From positions 64,001-128,000 of the forward strand of contig CAWGJO010000004.1 in NCBI GenBank assembly GCA_963822945.1: a DNA stretch of 64,000 nucleotides, read 5' to 3'. Origin of the DNA: an uncultured Gemmatimonadaceae bacterium. Lineage in GTDB: Bacteria; Gemmatimonadota; Gemmatimonadetes; Gemmatimonadales; Gemmatimonadaceae. Below, piece by piece: positions 35,355 through 45,031 of this stretch (positions are counted from its first letter, which is position 1; every line of letters starts with the position of its first letter). The notes beneath the pieces are model-generated. The model worked only from the letters and a program-made list of their open reading frames with translations, searched no databases and was not told the DNA's origin. The translations under genes were made by a program, and so were the position numbers.

Positions 35355-37457
35355 ATGCCGTCGGCGAATCCGCGGGTCACGCTGGACACGCCGATCACGT
35401 ACCTCAAGGGCGTCGGCCCGCGGCGCGCCGCGGCGTTCGAAAAGCTGAACGTCGCGACGGCGGGCGACCTGCTCTGGCTCATTCCGCATCGCTACGAGGA
35501 TGCGAGTACGGTGTCGCGCATCGCGTCGCTCCGCACGGGCGCCGACGCCACCGTGATCGGGCGCGTGATCTCCAAGGGCGTGCTGCCCACGCGCCGGGGC
35601 CTGCGGATCTTCCAGGCAGTGCTGCAGGACGACAGCGGCATGATCGAAGCCGCATGGCCGGGACAGCCCTTCCTCGATCGCAGCATCAACAAGGGCGACG
35701 TGTTGCTGGCGTCGGGCACGGTGCGCTTCTATCACGGGCGCCAGCTGGCCCCGCGCGAGTTCGTGAACCTCGGCCCCGACGACGAGGGCACGGAGCAGGG
35801 ACGGGTGCTCGCCGTGTATCCGGCCACCGAAGGGCTGTCGTTCAAGGTCATCCGGAACATCGTGGATGCCCATCTGGATCTGCTGCTGCCCCAGGTGAAG
35901 GAGTACTTCCCGCAGCCGATTCTCCAGGGGGCCGGCGTGGCCGGCATCACCGACGCGCTTCGCATGGTGCACCGGCCGCAGACGATGGCCGAGGCGATGG
36001 CGGGCCGCGACCGGCTGGCGTTCGAGGAGCTGTTCTTCGTGCACTTGCTGCACCAGCGGGTCAAGGCGCTGGCGCGGGAGACGCGGCGCGGCATCCGGTT
36101 CGAGAACAAGCGCCGCCTCACGACGCAACTGCGTGAGTCGCTGCCCTACACGCTCACCAACGCGCAGGTACGCGCCCTGCGGGAGATCGTGGACGACATG
36201 TGCAGCGACCGGCGCATGCACCGCCTGCTGCAGGGCGACGTGGGAAGCGGCAAGACGATCGTCGCGCTGTTCGCGGCGCTGCTCGCATTGGAGAACGGGT
36301 ACCAGGCCGCGATCATGGTCCCCACCGAACTGCTGGCCGAGCAGCACCATCGGACGATCAGCGGGCTCCTGGCGCCGCTCGGCGTGGCCCCGCTGCTGCT
36401 CACGGGCAGCCTGTCCACGAAGGCCCGCCGGGAGGTGGCGGGGCGGCTGTCGCAGGCCGAGCCGTCGCTGGCGCAGGAATGGCCGGAGCTCGTGATCGGC
36501 ACACACGCGCTGGTCCAGGCGGCCACGGAGTTCGCGCGGCTCGGGTTCGTGGCCATCGACGAGCAGCACCGGTTCGGCGTGGAGCAGCGCAAGGCGCTGG
36601 CCGCCAAGGGCGAGATGCCCGACGTGCTGCTGATGAGCGCCACGCCCATCCCCCGGTCGCTCGCCCTCACGGTCTACGGCGACCTCGACGTCAGCTTCCT
36701 CGACGAGCGGCCTCCCGGAAGGCGGCCGATCACGACCACGCTGCGATCCAACGCGTCGCGCGACCGGCTGCTGGCGTTCGTCGACCGCGAGGTGGAAAAG
36801 GGACGCCAGGCGTACATCGTCTATCCGGTGATCGAGGAATCGGAGAAGCTCGATCTCAAGGCGGCGACGACGAGCTACGAGGAACTGCGTGCCGGGCCGT
36901 TCGCGCACCGCCGCGTGGCGCTGCTCCACGGGCGCATCCCCAACGACGAGCGCGACGACATCATGCGCCGGTTTCGGGATGGCGCCATCGACATTCTCGT
37001 GGCGACCACGGTGATCGAGGTCGGCATCGACGTGCCCAATGCCACGGTGATGGTCATCGAACATCCGGAGCGCTTCGGCCTGTCGCAACTGCACCAGCTG
37101 CGCGGCCGCGTGGGACGCGGCGGCGAGCAGAGCTACTGCATTCTGCTCGGCGACATGGGGCGGGAGTCGCGGCAGCGTCTGCAGATCTTCGTGGAGACGG
37201 AAGACGGGTTTCGGATCGCCGAGGCCGATCTGCGCATGCGGGGCATGGGCGATCTATTCGGGGAGCGGCAGAGCGGCGTGCCGACGTTCAAAGTGGCCGA
37301 TCCGATGCGCGACGCCGCCCTGAGCGACCATGCGCGGGAAGCGGCGGCTGCGCTGCTGGCCACGGATCCCGAATTGCGGTCGCGAGAGGATGCCCCCCTG
37401 CGACGGGTGCTCGGCGCCCGGTACGCGCGCGCGGTCGAACTCTTCCACGTCGGCTGA
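35355..37457 (+). CDS. recG: ATP-dependent DNA helicase RecG
   Basis: LKGVGP, RLLQGDVGSGKT, PTELLAEQH, DEQHRFGV, SATPIPRSL, ERFGLSQLHQLRGRVGRG, DLRMRG.G. Confidence 0.97.
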   Translation: MPSANPRVTLDTPITYLKGVGPRRAAAFEKLNVATAGDLLWLIPHRYEDASTVSRIASLRTGADATVIGRVISKGVLPTRRGLRIFQAVLQDDSGMIEAAWPGQPFLDRSINKGDVLLASGTVRFYHGRQLAPREFVNLGPDDEGTEQGRVLAVYPATEGLSFKVIRNIVDAHLDLLLPQVKEYFPQPILQGAGVAGITDALRMVHRPQTMAEAMAGRDRLAFEELFFVHLLHQRVKALARETRRGIRFENKRRLTTQLRESLPYTLTNAQVRALREIVDDMCSDRRMHRLLQGDVGSGKTIVALFAALLALENGYQAAIMVPTELLAEQHHRTISGLLAPLGVAPLLLTGSLSTKARREVAGRLSQAEPSLAQEWPELVIGTHALVQAATEFARLGFVAIDEQHRFGVEQRKALAAKGEMPDVLLMSATPIPRSLALTVYGDLDVSFLDERPPGRRPITTTLRSNASRDRLLAFVDREVEKGRQAYIVYPVIEESEKLDLKAATTSYEELRAGPFAHRRVALLHGRIPNDERDDIMRRFRDGAIDILVATTVIEVGIDVPNATVMVIEHPERFGLSQLHQLRGRVGRGGEQSYCILLGDMGRESRQRLQIFVETEDGFRIAEADLRMRGMGDLFGERQSGVPTFKVADPMRDAALSDHAREAAAALLATDPELRSREDAPLRRVLGARYARAVELFHVG

Positions 37458-37611
37458 GACGCCGCCCGGCCCCGGTGGGGGTTGACCGGAAGGGGGCGGC
37501 CCGTGAGGGTTCCACAGCCGCGGAGCCGCCGCATTTCCAACGTTCCGCGCGCCGATGCGTAGTTCTCACAGTGTGTTCAACTCGATTCAAGGACTCCCAA
37601 GGACCTCGATA

Positions 37612-38040
37612 ATGCGTCGTTTCTTCGCGTTCCTGATCGTTATTGGCGGATTGGCGGCCGTTGCCGCACCGGCGTCGGCACAGTCGTCCATCGCCCCGCT
37701 GCCGTCGGGCGTGACCCTGCGCATCAATGGGCCCGGCTCGAACATCATCGGGGTGCTGTACGAGCAGTCGATCGACTCGGTGTGGGTACGGCCGCGCGGC
37801 GACAACACGATGATCCGGAGCATCGCCGTCTCGCGCATCACGCGCGTGGATCAGGAGCGGCCGGAATACGCCAAGAGCATCCTCGTCGGCACGGGGATCG
37901 GCATTCTCGTCGGCGCGGCGCTCTACCCGATCACGTCGCACAACGATCACGACGTCTTCATCGGGCTGAGCGTGATCGGCGGTGCCGTGGCGGGCATGCT
38001 GTTCCCGCACGCCGGCTGGGTGCCCGTTCTGCTGCACTGA
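37612..38040 (+). CDS. Hypothetical exported/membrane protein
   Basis: Signal peptide MRRFFAFLIVIGGLAAVAAPASA-Q and two Gly-rich C-terminal hydrophobic segments. Confidence 0.7.
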   Translation: MRRFFAFLIVIGGLAAVAAPASAQSSIAPLPSGVTLRINGPGSNIIGVLYEQSIDSVWVRPRGDNTMIRSIAVSRITRVDQERPEYAKSILVGTGIGILVGAALYPITSHNDHDVFIGLSVIGGAVAGMLFPHAGWVPVLLH

Positions 38041-38060
38041 GCAGCGTAACGGGTGAGGCG

Positions 38061-38095
38061 CGGGCGGCGGCGGGTGCCGCCGCCCGTCGTGTTTT
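38061..38095 (+). terminator. Intrinsic terminator
   Basis: 11-bp stem cgggcggcggc-gggt-gccgccgcccg followed by tcgtgtttt. Confidence 0.65.
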
Positions 38096-38212
38096 GACCC
38101 CGCCGGGGGGGCGACTGCCCCACACCCCCGCGGCATTCGCCCGACTTGGCCCCGTCATGGGCTGGTCTATCGTTTGGTGTCTACCAACGATTTCCAGAGG
38201 CGGGAGGCGATC

Positions 38213-39283
38213 ATGCGCGGCAAATCCTTGACGGCCATTGGCGTCGCCCTGATGGCGGCGGCGTGCACCGGCGGCACGAGTTCCAACCAACAGAACCAGG
38301 CGGCGGTGACGGGCAAGACCCTGCCGGCCGTGGAGACCGCGGCGCTCACGCCGTCGGAACGCGCGATGTTCGGCCCGCTGCCGGCGCGCATGGACCTGCC
38401 CGGGCAGCCGGCGACCGAGGCCCAGGTGGCGCTCGGCCGCGGGCTGTACTACGAGACGGTGTTGTCGGAGGGGCACGACGTATCGTGCAACTCCTGTCAT
38501 GCGCTCAACGGCTACGGCGCCGACGGGCGGCGGGTGAGCTTCGGCCACAAGGGCCAGATGGGAAGCCGCAACGCGCCGACCGTGTACAACGCGGCGGCCC
38601 AGGTGGCGCAGTTCTGGGACGGGCGGGCAGCGAACGTGGAAGAGCAGGCCAAAGGACCGATTCTCAACCCCGCGGAGATGGGTATGTCGGGCACGGGAGC
38701 CGTGCTGGAGCACCTGACGTCGTCACCCAAGTATCGCGCCGAGTTCGCGGCGGCGTTCCCCAATGAATCCAAACCCATCACGTACGACAACGTCGGCCGG
38801 GCCATCGGCGCGTTCGAGCGCGGCCTGGTGACGCCGTCGCGGTGGGACCGGTTCCTGAAGGGCGATACCGCGGCGCTCACCGAGCAGGAGCAACGCGGGG
38901 CGCGGACCTTCGTCGCGGCCGGCTGCGTGGCGTGCCATGCCGGTACCTACGTCGGCGGCCAGGTGTTCCAGAAAGCGGGGCTGGTGGAACCGTGGCCGCA
39001 GTTGGCGGACAGTGGGCGCATCGCGGTGACGCACGCACCGGCCGACCTGCACGTGTTCAAGGTGCCGACCCTGCGCAACGTCGAGATGACGGGGCCGTAC
39101 TTCAGCGACGGGTCGGTGGGATCGCTCGACAGTGCGATCATGTTGATGGCCCGGCACCAGTTGGGGCTCACGCTGACCGACGCACAGGTGGGCGATATCC
39201 ACGCCTGGCTGCGGTCGCTCACCGGGGAGATTCCGGTGGAGTACGTGGCCCATCCACAGCTGCCGGGGAAGGCGGCCTTCTAG
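38213..39283 (+). CDS. Di-heme cytochrome c peroxidase (CCP/MauG family), lipoprotein
   Basis: Lipobox AAAC. Heme motifs CNSCH and CVACH. RNAPTVYNA, QFWDGRA, GPILNPAEM, FKVPTLRNV..TGPYF.DG. Confidence 0.93.
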   Translation: MRGKSLTAIGVALMAAACTGGTSSNQQNQAAVTGKTLPAVETAALTPSERAMFGPLPARMDLPGQPATEAQVALGRGLYYETVLSEGHDVSCNSCHALNGYGADGRRVSFGHKGQMGSRNAPTVYNAAAQVAQFWDGRAANVEEQAKGPILNPAEMGMSGTGAVLEHLTSSPKYRAEFAAAFPNESKPITYDNVGRAIGAFERGLVTPSRWDRFLKGDTAALTEQEQRGARTFVAAGCVACHAGTYVGGQVFQKAGLVEPWPQLADSGRIAVTHAPADLHVFKVPTLRNVEMTGPYFSDGSVGSLDSAIMLMARHQLGLTLTDAQVGDIHAWLRSLTGEIPVEYVAHPQLPGKAAF

Positions 39284-39365
39284 CCGCCGGGGAACTGTTC
39301 CATCTCCGCGTGCCGGGGTGCATAGTAGGGGCACCGGGCCGGCACCCGGAGATGGAGGTCCCACC

Positions 39366-40514
39366 ATGCATACCGCGGCGCATCGTCCGTTCGTCGTCCA
39401 TCCACAAACGCTGTTCGCGTCGTTGCTGGCGCTGGCCGTTCTGGCGGCGCCGGCCCCTCAGCGTTCCCGGCAGCCGCTGCCCGACCGCCTGGCCGACAGC
39501 ACCTACTGGCGCCTGGTGACCACCATGTCGGAGCCCGGAGGCTTCTTCCGCTCCGACAACTTCGTTTCGAACGAGACCGACTATCAGCGGATTCTCGACC
39601 GGCTCCAGGCGGCCACGCCGCCGGGCGGCGTGTACCTGGGCGTCGGGCCCGACCAGAACTTCACGTACATCGTGGCGCTTCATCCCCGCATGGCGTTCAT
39701 CGTCGACATCCGCCGCCAGGCGATGTTGCAGCAATTGATGTACAAGGCGCTGTTCGAGATGTCGCCCACGCGGGCGGAGTTCCTCGCGCACCTGTTCTCG
39801 CGGCGGCTTCCCGCAGGCCTCGATACCAACGCCTCGGCGACGGCGCTCTTTCAGGCAGTCGCGGCGGCGCTTCCGGATTCGGCGCGCTATCGCGCCAACC
39901 TGGCCGAGATTGACGACCGGCTGGTGCACCGGCACGGCTTCACGCTGTCCGCCGACGACCTGAGCGGGCTGGCCTACGTGTACGACGCGTTCTTCACCAT
40001 CGGCCCCGATATCAGCTATTCGGGCGATCCGCGCGGTGGGCGCGGCAGCCGGTGGATGCCCGGCTACGCGGAGATGATGCTGCAGACCGACCCCGCCGGC
40101 ACGAACCGGAGCTATCTGGGGAGCGAGGCCCGCTACCGCGCGATCAGGAACTTCGAGGCGGCGAATCTGCTCGTGCCGGTGGTGGGCGACTTCGGCGGGC
40201 CGAAGGCCCTCCGTGCGGTGGGCGCTTACGTGCGCGCGCACGACGCCACCGTGACCACCTTCTATACGTCGAACGTGGAGCAGTACCTGTTCCGCGAGGA
40301 CGACGCTTGGCGCCACTTCTACGAGAACGTCGCCACCGTGCCCCACGACAGCAGCAGCCTGTTCATCCGGGCGGTGTTCGGCGGGTACGGCTACGGCCGC
40401 GGGTACGGTCTGCGGCGCGGCGAGATGCTGGTGGTGCCCATCGACCACATTCTCTCGGCCTTCCTGGACGGCCGGATCAAGCGCTACTGGGACGTGATCG
40501 ACCTGTCGCGCTGA
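39366..40514 (+). CDS. Hypothetical protein, probably exported, with a possible Rossmann/SAM-binding-like fold
   Basis: RBS GGAGGT. Hydrophobic N-terminus. Motifs SDNFVSNE, GGVYLGVGPDQNFTYI, FIVDIR, FYTSNVEQYL. Confidence 0.7.
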   Translation: MHTAAHRPFVVHPQTLFASLLALAVLAAPAPQRSRQPLPDRLADSTYWRLVTTMSEPGGFFRSDNFVSNETDYQRILDRLQAATPPGGVYLGVGPDQNFTYIVALHPRMAFIVDIRRQAMLQQLMYKALFEMSPTRAEFLAHLFSRRLPAGLDTNASATALFQAVAAALPDSARYRANLAEIDDRLVHRHGFTLSADDLSGLAYVYDAFFTIGPDISYSGDPRGGRGSRWMPGYAEMMLQTDPAGTNRSYLGSEARYRAIRNFEAANLLVPVVGDFGGPKALRAVGAYVRAHDATVTTFYTSNVEQYLFREDDAWRHFYENVATVPHDSSSLFIRAVFGGYGYGRGYGLRRGEMLVVPIDHILSAFLDGRIKRYWDVIDLSR

Positions 40515-40703
40515 CGGGTGGGGGCGGGTACGTGGCCAACCCGGTCCGCCGCTGGCGGGGCCGGGGTCTGCCCCCTCGCGGATTCGCGGTCCCCGCCGTA
40601 TTCATTGGCCCGTCGACCCCCCAAACGGCCGGCTCCCGCCGGCCCATCTCCCCCGCGATTTCCCCCCCCGTTCCCCCATACGACCATCGCATCAGGAGGC
40701 AGG

Positions 40704-43700
40704 ATGTCCAGCAGCAGAGGACGACTGCGCGCGTTTCCCTGGGCCCTTGTCGCCGCCGCCATGCTCTGGCCGGCGACGCGCGCCATCGCGCAGCAGAAGA
40801 ACGATCCAGAATACACCGCGCTGATCAGGAAGGATCTCACGGATCCGCGGATCTCGACCGAGCTGGTCGATCACCTGCCGGCCTCGGCGACGCGTGCCGA
40901 CGCCACTCAAGTTCCTCGGCCAGATCATCGGCACGCCGGGCGAGCTCGACCTACGCGGAGGACATCCACCGCTACTTGCAGGCGATCGCCAAGCCGTCGC
41001 CGCGCGCGCCAGATACTGGACGATCGGCAAGACGGAGGAAGGCCGCGACATGGTCATGCATCGCCATCGCCGACGAGGCGACGATCCGCGACCTCGAGCG
41101 GTACAAGGGCATGCTCGCCGAGCTGACCGACCCGCGCAAGACGAGCGAAGCCAAGGCCCAGCAGATCGATCAAGACGGCCAAGCCGATCTACTGGATCAC
41201 GAGCGGCATGCACTCGCCCGAGACGCGGCGGCCCGGAGATGCTGATGGAGCTGGCCTACCGGCTGGCGGTCGAGGAGACGCCGTTCATGCAGGACATCCG
41301 CGACAACGTGATCACCTTCATCACGCCGGTGGTCGAGGTGGACGGGCGCGAGAAGGAAGTCGACACCTACTACTTCAACAAGAGCGGCCCGACGGGCGAG
41401 GCGCGGCTGCCGCTGATGTACTGGGGCAAGTACGTCGCAGCACGACAACAACCGCGACGGCATGGGCCAGTTCCTCGAACTCACGCAAGAACATCACGAA
41501 GGCGACGCTCGAGTGGCACCCCACGGTCCTGCACGACCTGCACGAGGCGCAGACCTACCTCTACGCGTCGACGGGCACGGGCCCGTACAACGAGCAGCTC
41601 GATCCGATCACGATCGACGAGTGGTGGATGCTGGCCGAGAACGACGTCATGGAGATGACGAAGCGCGGCGTGCCGGGCGTCTGGACCTACGGGTTCTACG
41701 ACGGCTGGGTGCCGAACTACATGTTCTTCATCGCGCACTCGCACAACGCGACCGGCCGGTTCTACGAGGTGCAGAGCTACGGTCCGGACACCACGTCGTC
41801 CGTGCCGGCGCGACGACGACGAGCCGGGAGTGGTTCCGGCCGAACCCGCCGCTGCCGCGAGATCAAGTGGGGTCCGCGCAACAACACGAACATCCAGGAA
41901 TCGGCGCTCCTGTTCTCGCTGCACCACGTCGCGCAAGAACAGGGATCTCTATCTCGACGAACTACTGGATGAAGAACAAGCGACGCGGTCGAACAAGGGG
42001 AAGAACGGGCCCGGCGTATCGGCTGGGTGATTCCGGCCGACCAGCGCCGCAAGGCCGACGCGGCGGACGCCGTCAACGAGCTGCGTGCGCAGGGGCTGGA
42101 GATTCCACCGCGCCACGCGCGCGTTCCGGGCCGGCAACATCGAGGTGCAAGCCGGGCGACTACATCGATCCGCGGCGACCAGCCGTACCGCACGCTGGCC
42201 GACATGTACTTCGCCGTCCAGAACTACGCGCCTCGGCAATCCGCGCCGTACGACGACACCGGCTGGACGTTCCAGTTCATGCGCGACATCAAGATCGTCG
42301 CCGATCACCGACAAGGCAGTTCCTGCGACCAGCCGATGACGCCGGTGACGAGCCGCGTGACAGGCGGCGGGCGGTATCACCGGCAGCGGCACACGGTGTC
42401 GTCGTCGAGCACACCGCCGACAACAACCTGGTGACGTTCCGGTTCCGCTGAACGGACGTGACGATGCAGGCGGCCGAGCAGGACTTCGAGCTGGACGGCC
42501 ATCACTTCCGCGCCGGCGCCATCGATCGTCGCGCAACGCCAACCGCGGCCAGCTCGAGCCGGTGCTGCAAGCGAACTCGGCCTCTCGGGCTATGCGGTCG
42601 CGTCGGCGCCGACCGTGAAGACGCACGACCTCGACGTCCCGCGCATCGGCTACGTCCACAGCTGGTCGCGCACGCAGGACGAGGGCTGGGTGCGCGCGGC
42701 GCTCGACACCTACGGCGTGCCGTACACCTATTTCGCGCGACCAGAAGCTGCGGAGGCAACCTGCGGGCGAAGTACGACGTCATCGTGTTTCCGCACGTGG
42801 GCGGCAGCGCGCAGTCCATGGTGAACGGCATCGCGAAGACCGGCACGATGCCGCTGCCGTACCGAGAAGACGGCCAAGACGCCGAACCTGGGCACCCCCG
42901 ACTCCAGCGCGACGACATCCGCGGCGGCATGGGAGTCGAGGGACTGCATGAACCTGTACAAGTTCGTGAAGGACGGCGGCACGCTGATCACCGAGGGCGC
43001 GACACGACGATCGTTCCCCGAGTACAACCTCACGCCGGGAGTCACCGTCGAGGAGCCGGCCGAGCTGTTCGCGCGCGGCTCGGTGATGCGCGGCGTGATT
43101 GCCGACATGAACAGCCCGATCGTCTACGGCCTGGCCGATGCGCAGATGCCCGTCTACTTCAGTCAGGGGCCGGTGCTCAACGTCGCCGCCGGTGGCGGCG
43201 GGTTCGCGTTCAACCGGGGCGGCGCAGGGTACAGCCAGAACACGCAGCCCATGGCCACTCCGATCAAGGACATCTCGGTACTGCTCCCGGGTGGCGCGCC
43301 GCCGCTGCCCGACGAACTGAATCCCAGGACGCAGGCGGCCGAGGCCGGCCGAGCCGGTGGACGAGGCTTCGGCCGGGGCGGACGCGGCGGTCGCGGGGGC
43401 GCGGTTTCCGAAGCGCGCCCGCGTGTCGTGATGCGCTTCCCCACGGATACCACGCAGATGTTGTTGTCGGGCGTGCTCGCCGGCGGGAGCGCGCTCGATG
43501 GACGCGCCCAACTCGTGGACGATCCGATCGGCAAGGGACACGTGGTCATGTTCGCCATCCGCCCCTTCTGGCGGTGGCAGACCCAGGGCACGTTCATCCT
43601 CGGCTTCAACGCGATCATGAACTGGAACGACCTGAGCGCCGGCGAGCAGTCCGGCAACGGGGCGGGGCGGTCGGGTCGCGGCGGACGGCGGGGGGCGGCC

Positions 43701-43727
43701 GGTAGCCGCCGCGCGTTCGTTACATGA
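40704..43727 (+). CDS. M14 zinc carboxypeptidase-family exported protein with C-terminal GATase-like domain (many frameshifts)
   Basis: Signal peptide. Fragments across frames: IGKTEEGRDM, MHSPE (HxxE), HDNNRD, LHDLHE, PYDDTGWT, DEGWVRAALD, YDVIVFPH, FVKDGGTL, FAIRPFWRWQT. Confidence 0.8.
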
Positions 43728-43734
43728 ATGTGGT

Positions 43735-43768
43735 GAAGCGGCCCGCACCGGGTGGTGCGGGCCGCTTC
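43735..43768 (+). terminator. Putative terminator hairpin
   Basis: 15-bp perfect stem gaagcggcccgcacc-gggt-ggtgcgggccgcttc immediately after the M14 gene. Confidence 0.6.
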
Positions 43769-43867
43769 GCCTTCGTCCGCCGGACGGCTCCGCGAATTCC
43801 CGGACAGTAGATAAACCGCATACCGCCCCGATAGTTTGCGGGATCCGAAATGTCCGGAGGAGCAGCG

Positions 43868-45031
43868 ATGGGTGTCGGGCGTGTGGGGCGCCGCGGGCGG
43901 GCGATGCGGGCGGCCGCCGCGGCAGTGGCGGTGGGCGCCGCGGCGTGCGGGGGCAAGCCGCAGTCCGCGGGACCCGGCGGATTCACCATGCCGCCGGCGC
44001 AGGTGGCGGTGGTGACCGTGAGTCCCCATGTGGTGGCGACGCCCTACGAATTCGCCGGGCAGGTCGAAGCATTCCGGCGCGTCGAAGTGCGCTCGCGGGT
44101 GGAAGGGGTGATCGAAGCCCGGCCGTTCACCGAAGGGTCGCTGGTGAGGCGCGGCGCCTTGCTGTATCAGCTCGACACGGTCCGCTACTCCGCGGCGTAC
44201 GAAGGCGCCCTGGCAACGTACGACAACGCCACGCGAACGCTCGCCCGGTTGCAGCCGCTGCTTCCGCGTCACGCGGTGGCGCAGCAGGACGTGGACAACG
44301 CCCGGACGGCCGTCGAGGCGGCGAAGGCCGCGCTCGACCAGGCCCGCAAGGACCTGCAGATACGCAGATCCGCGCCGGGATCGACGGGCGCATCGCGCGT
44401 ACGCGGCTGGAGGTCGGCGCTCGCGTCACCGGGCCGGCGGACCTCCTGACGACGATCGATCAGCTCGATCCCATCTATGTCGGTTTCCGTCCGCCGTCCG
44501 ACCGGATCGCGGCCTGGCATCGCAGCGCCGCGGATCGCGCGCTGATCCGGCCGGGCAGCAAGCTCAAGGTCCACGTGGTGTTCGAGGACGGCTCGGAGCT
44601 GCCCGCCGTGGGCCGGCTCGACTACGTGTCGCCGGTGATCGACTCCGCCACCGGGACGCAGGAATACCGCGCGCGTTTCGCCAACCGCGACGGGACGCTC
44701 GTGCCGGGCGAGTTCGTGCACGTCCGGCTCGACGGGTTCGTGGATCCGACACGCGATCACGGTGCCGCAGCGGGCGGTGCAGCAGGGGCTCGGGCGCCAG
44801 TTCGTGTATGTCGTGGGACCGGGCGATACGGTCTCGACGCGCGATGTCGTGCCCGGCCGGTGGACGGGCCACGACTGGGTGATCGACAGCGGGCTCGTGG
44901 CGGGCGACCGGGTGATCGTGGACGGGGTGCAGAAGGTGGGCCCGGGCCGGGTGGTGAAGCCCGTGCCGGCGACCGATTCGAGTGCCGGTGACGCCGCCGC
45001 GGCGGCACGCCCGGGCGGCGCCAAGCCGTGA
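43868..45031 (+). CDS. RND efflux periplasmic adaptor (AcrA/MexA-like lipoprotein; frameshifts near 44357 and 44750)
   Basis: RBS GGAGGAG. Lipobox AAAC. VEVRSRVEGVI..FTEGSLV, IRAGIDGRI, QLDPIYV, DSATGT, LVPGEFV, VPQRAVQ, GLVAGDRVIVDG. Confidence 0.88.
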
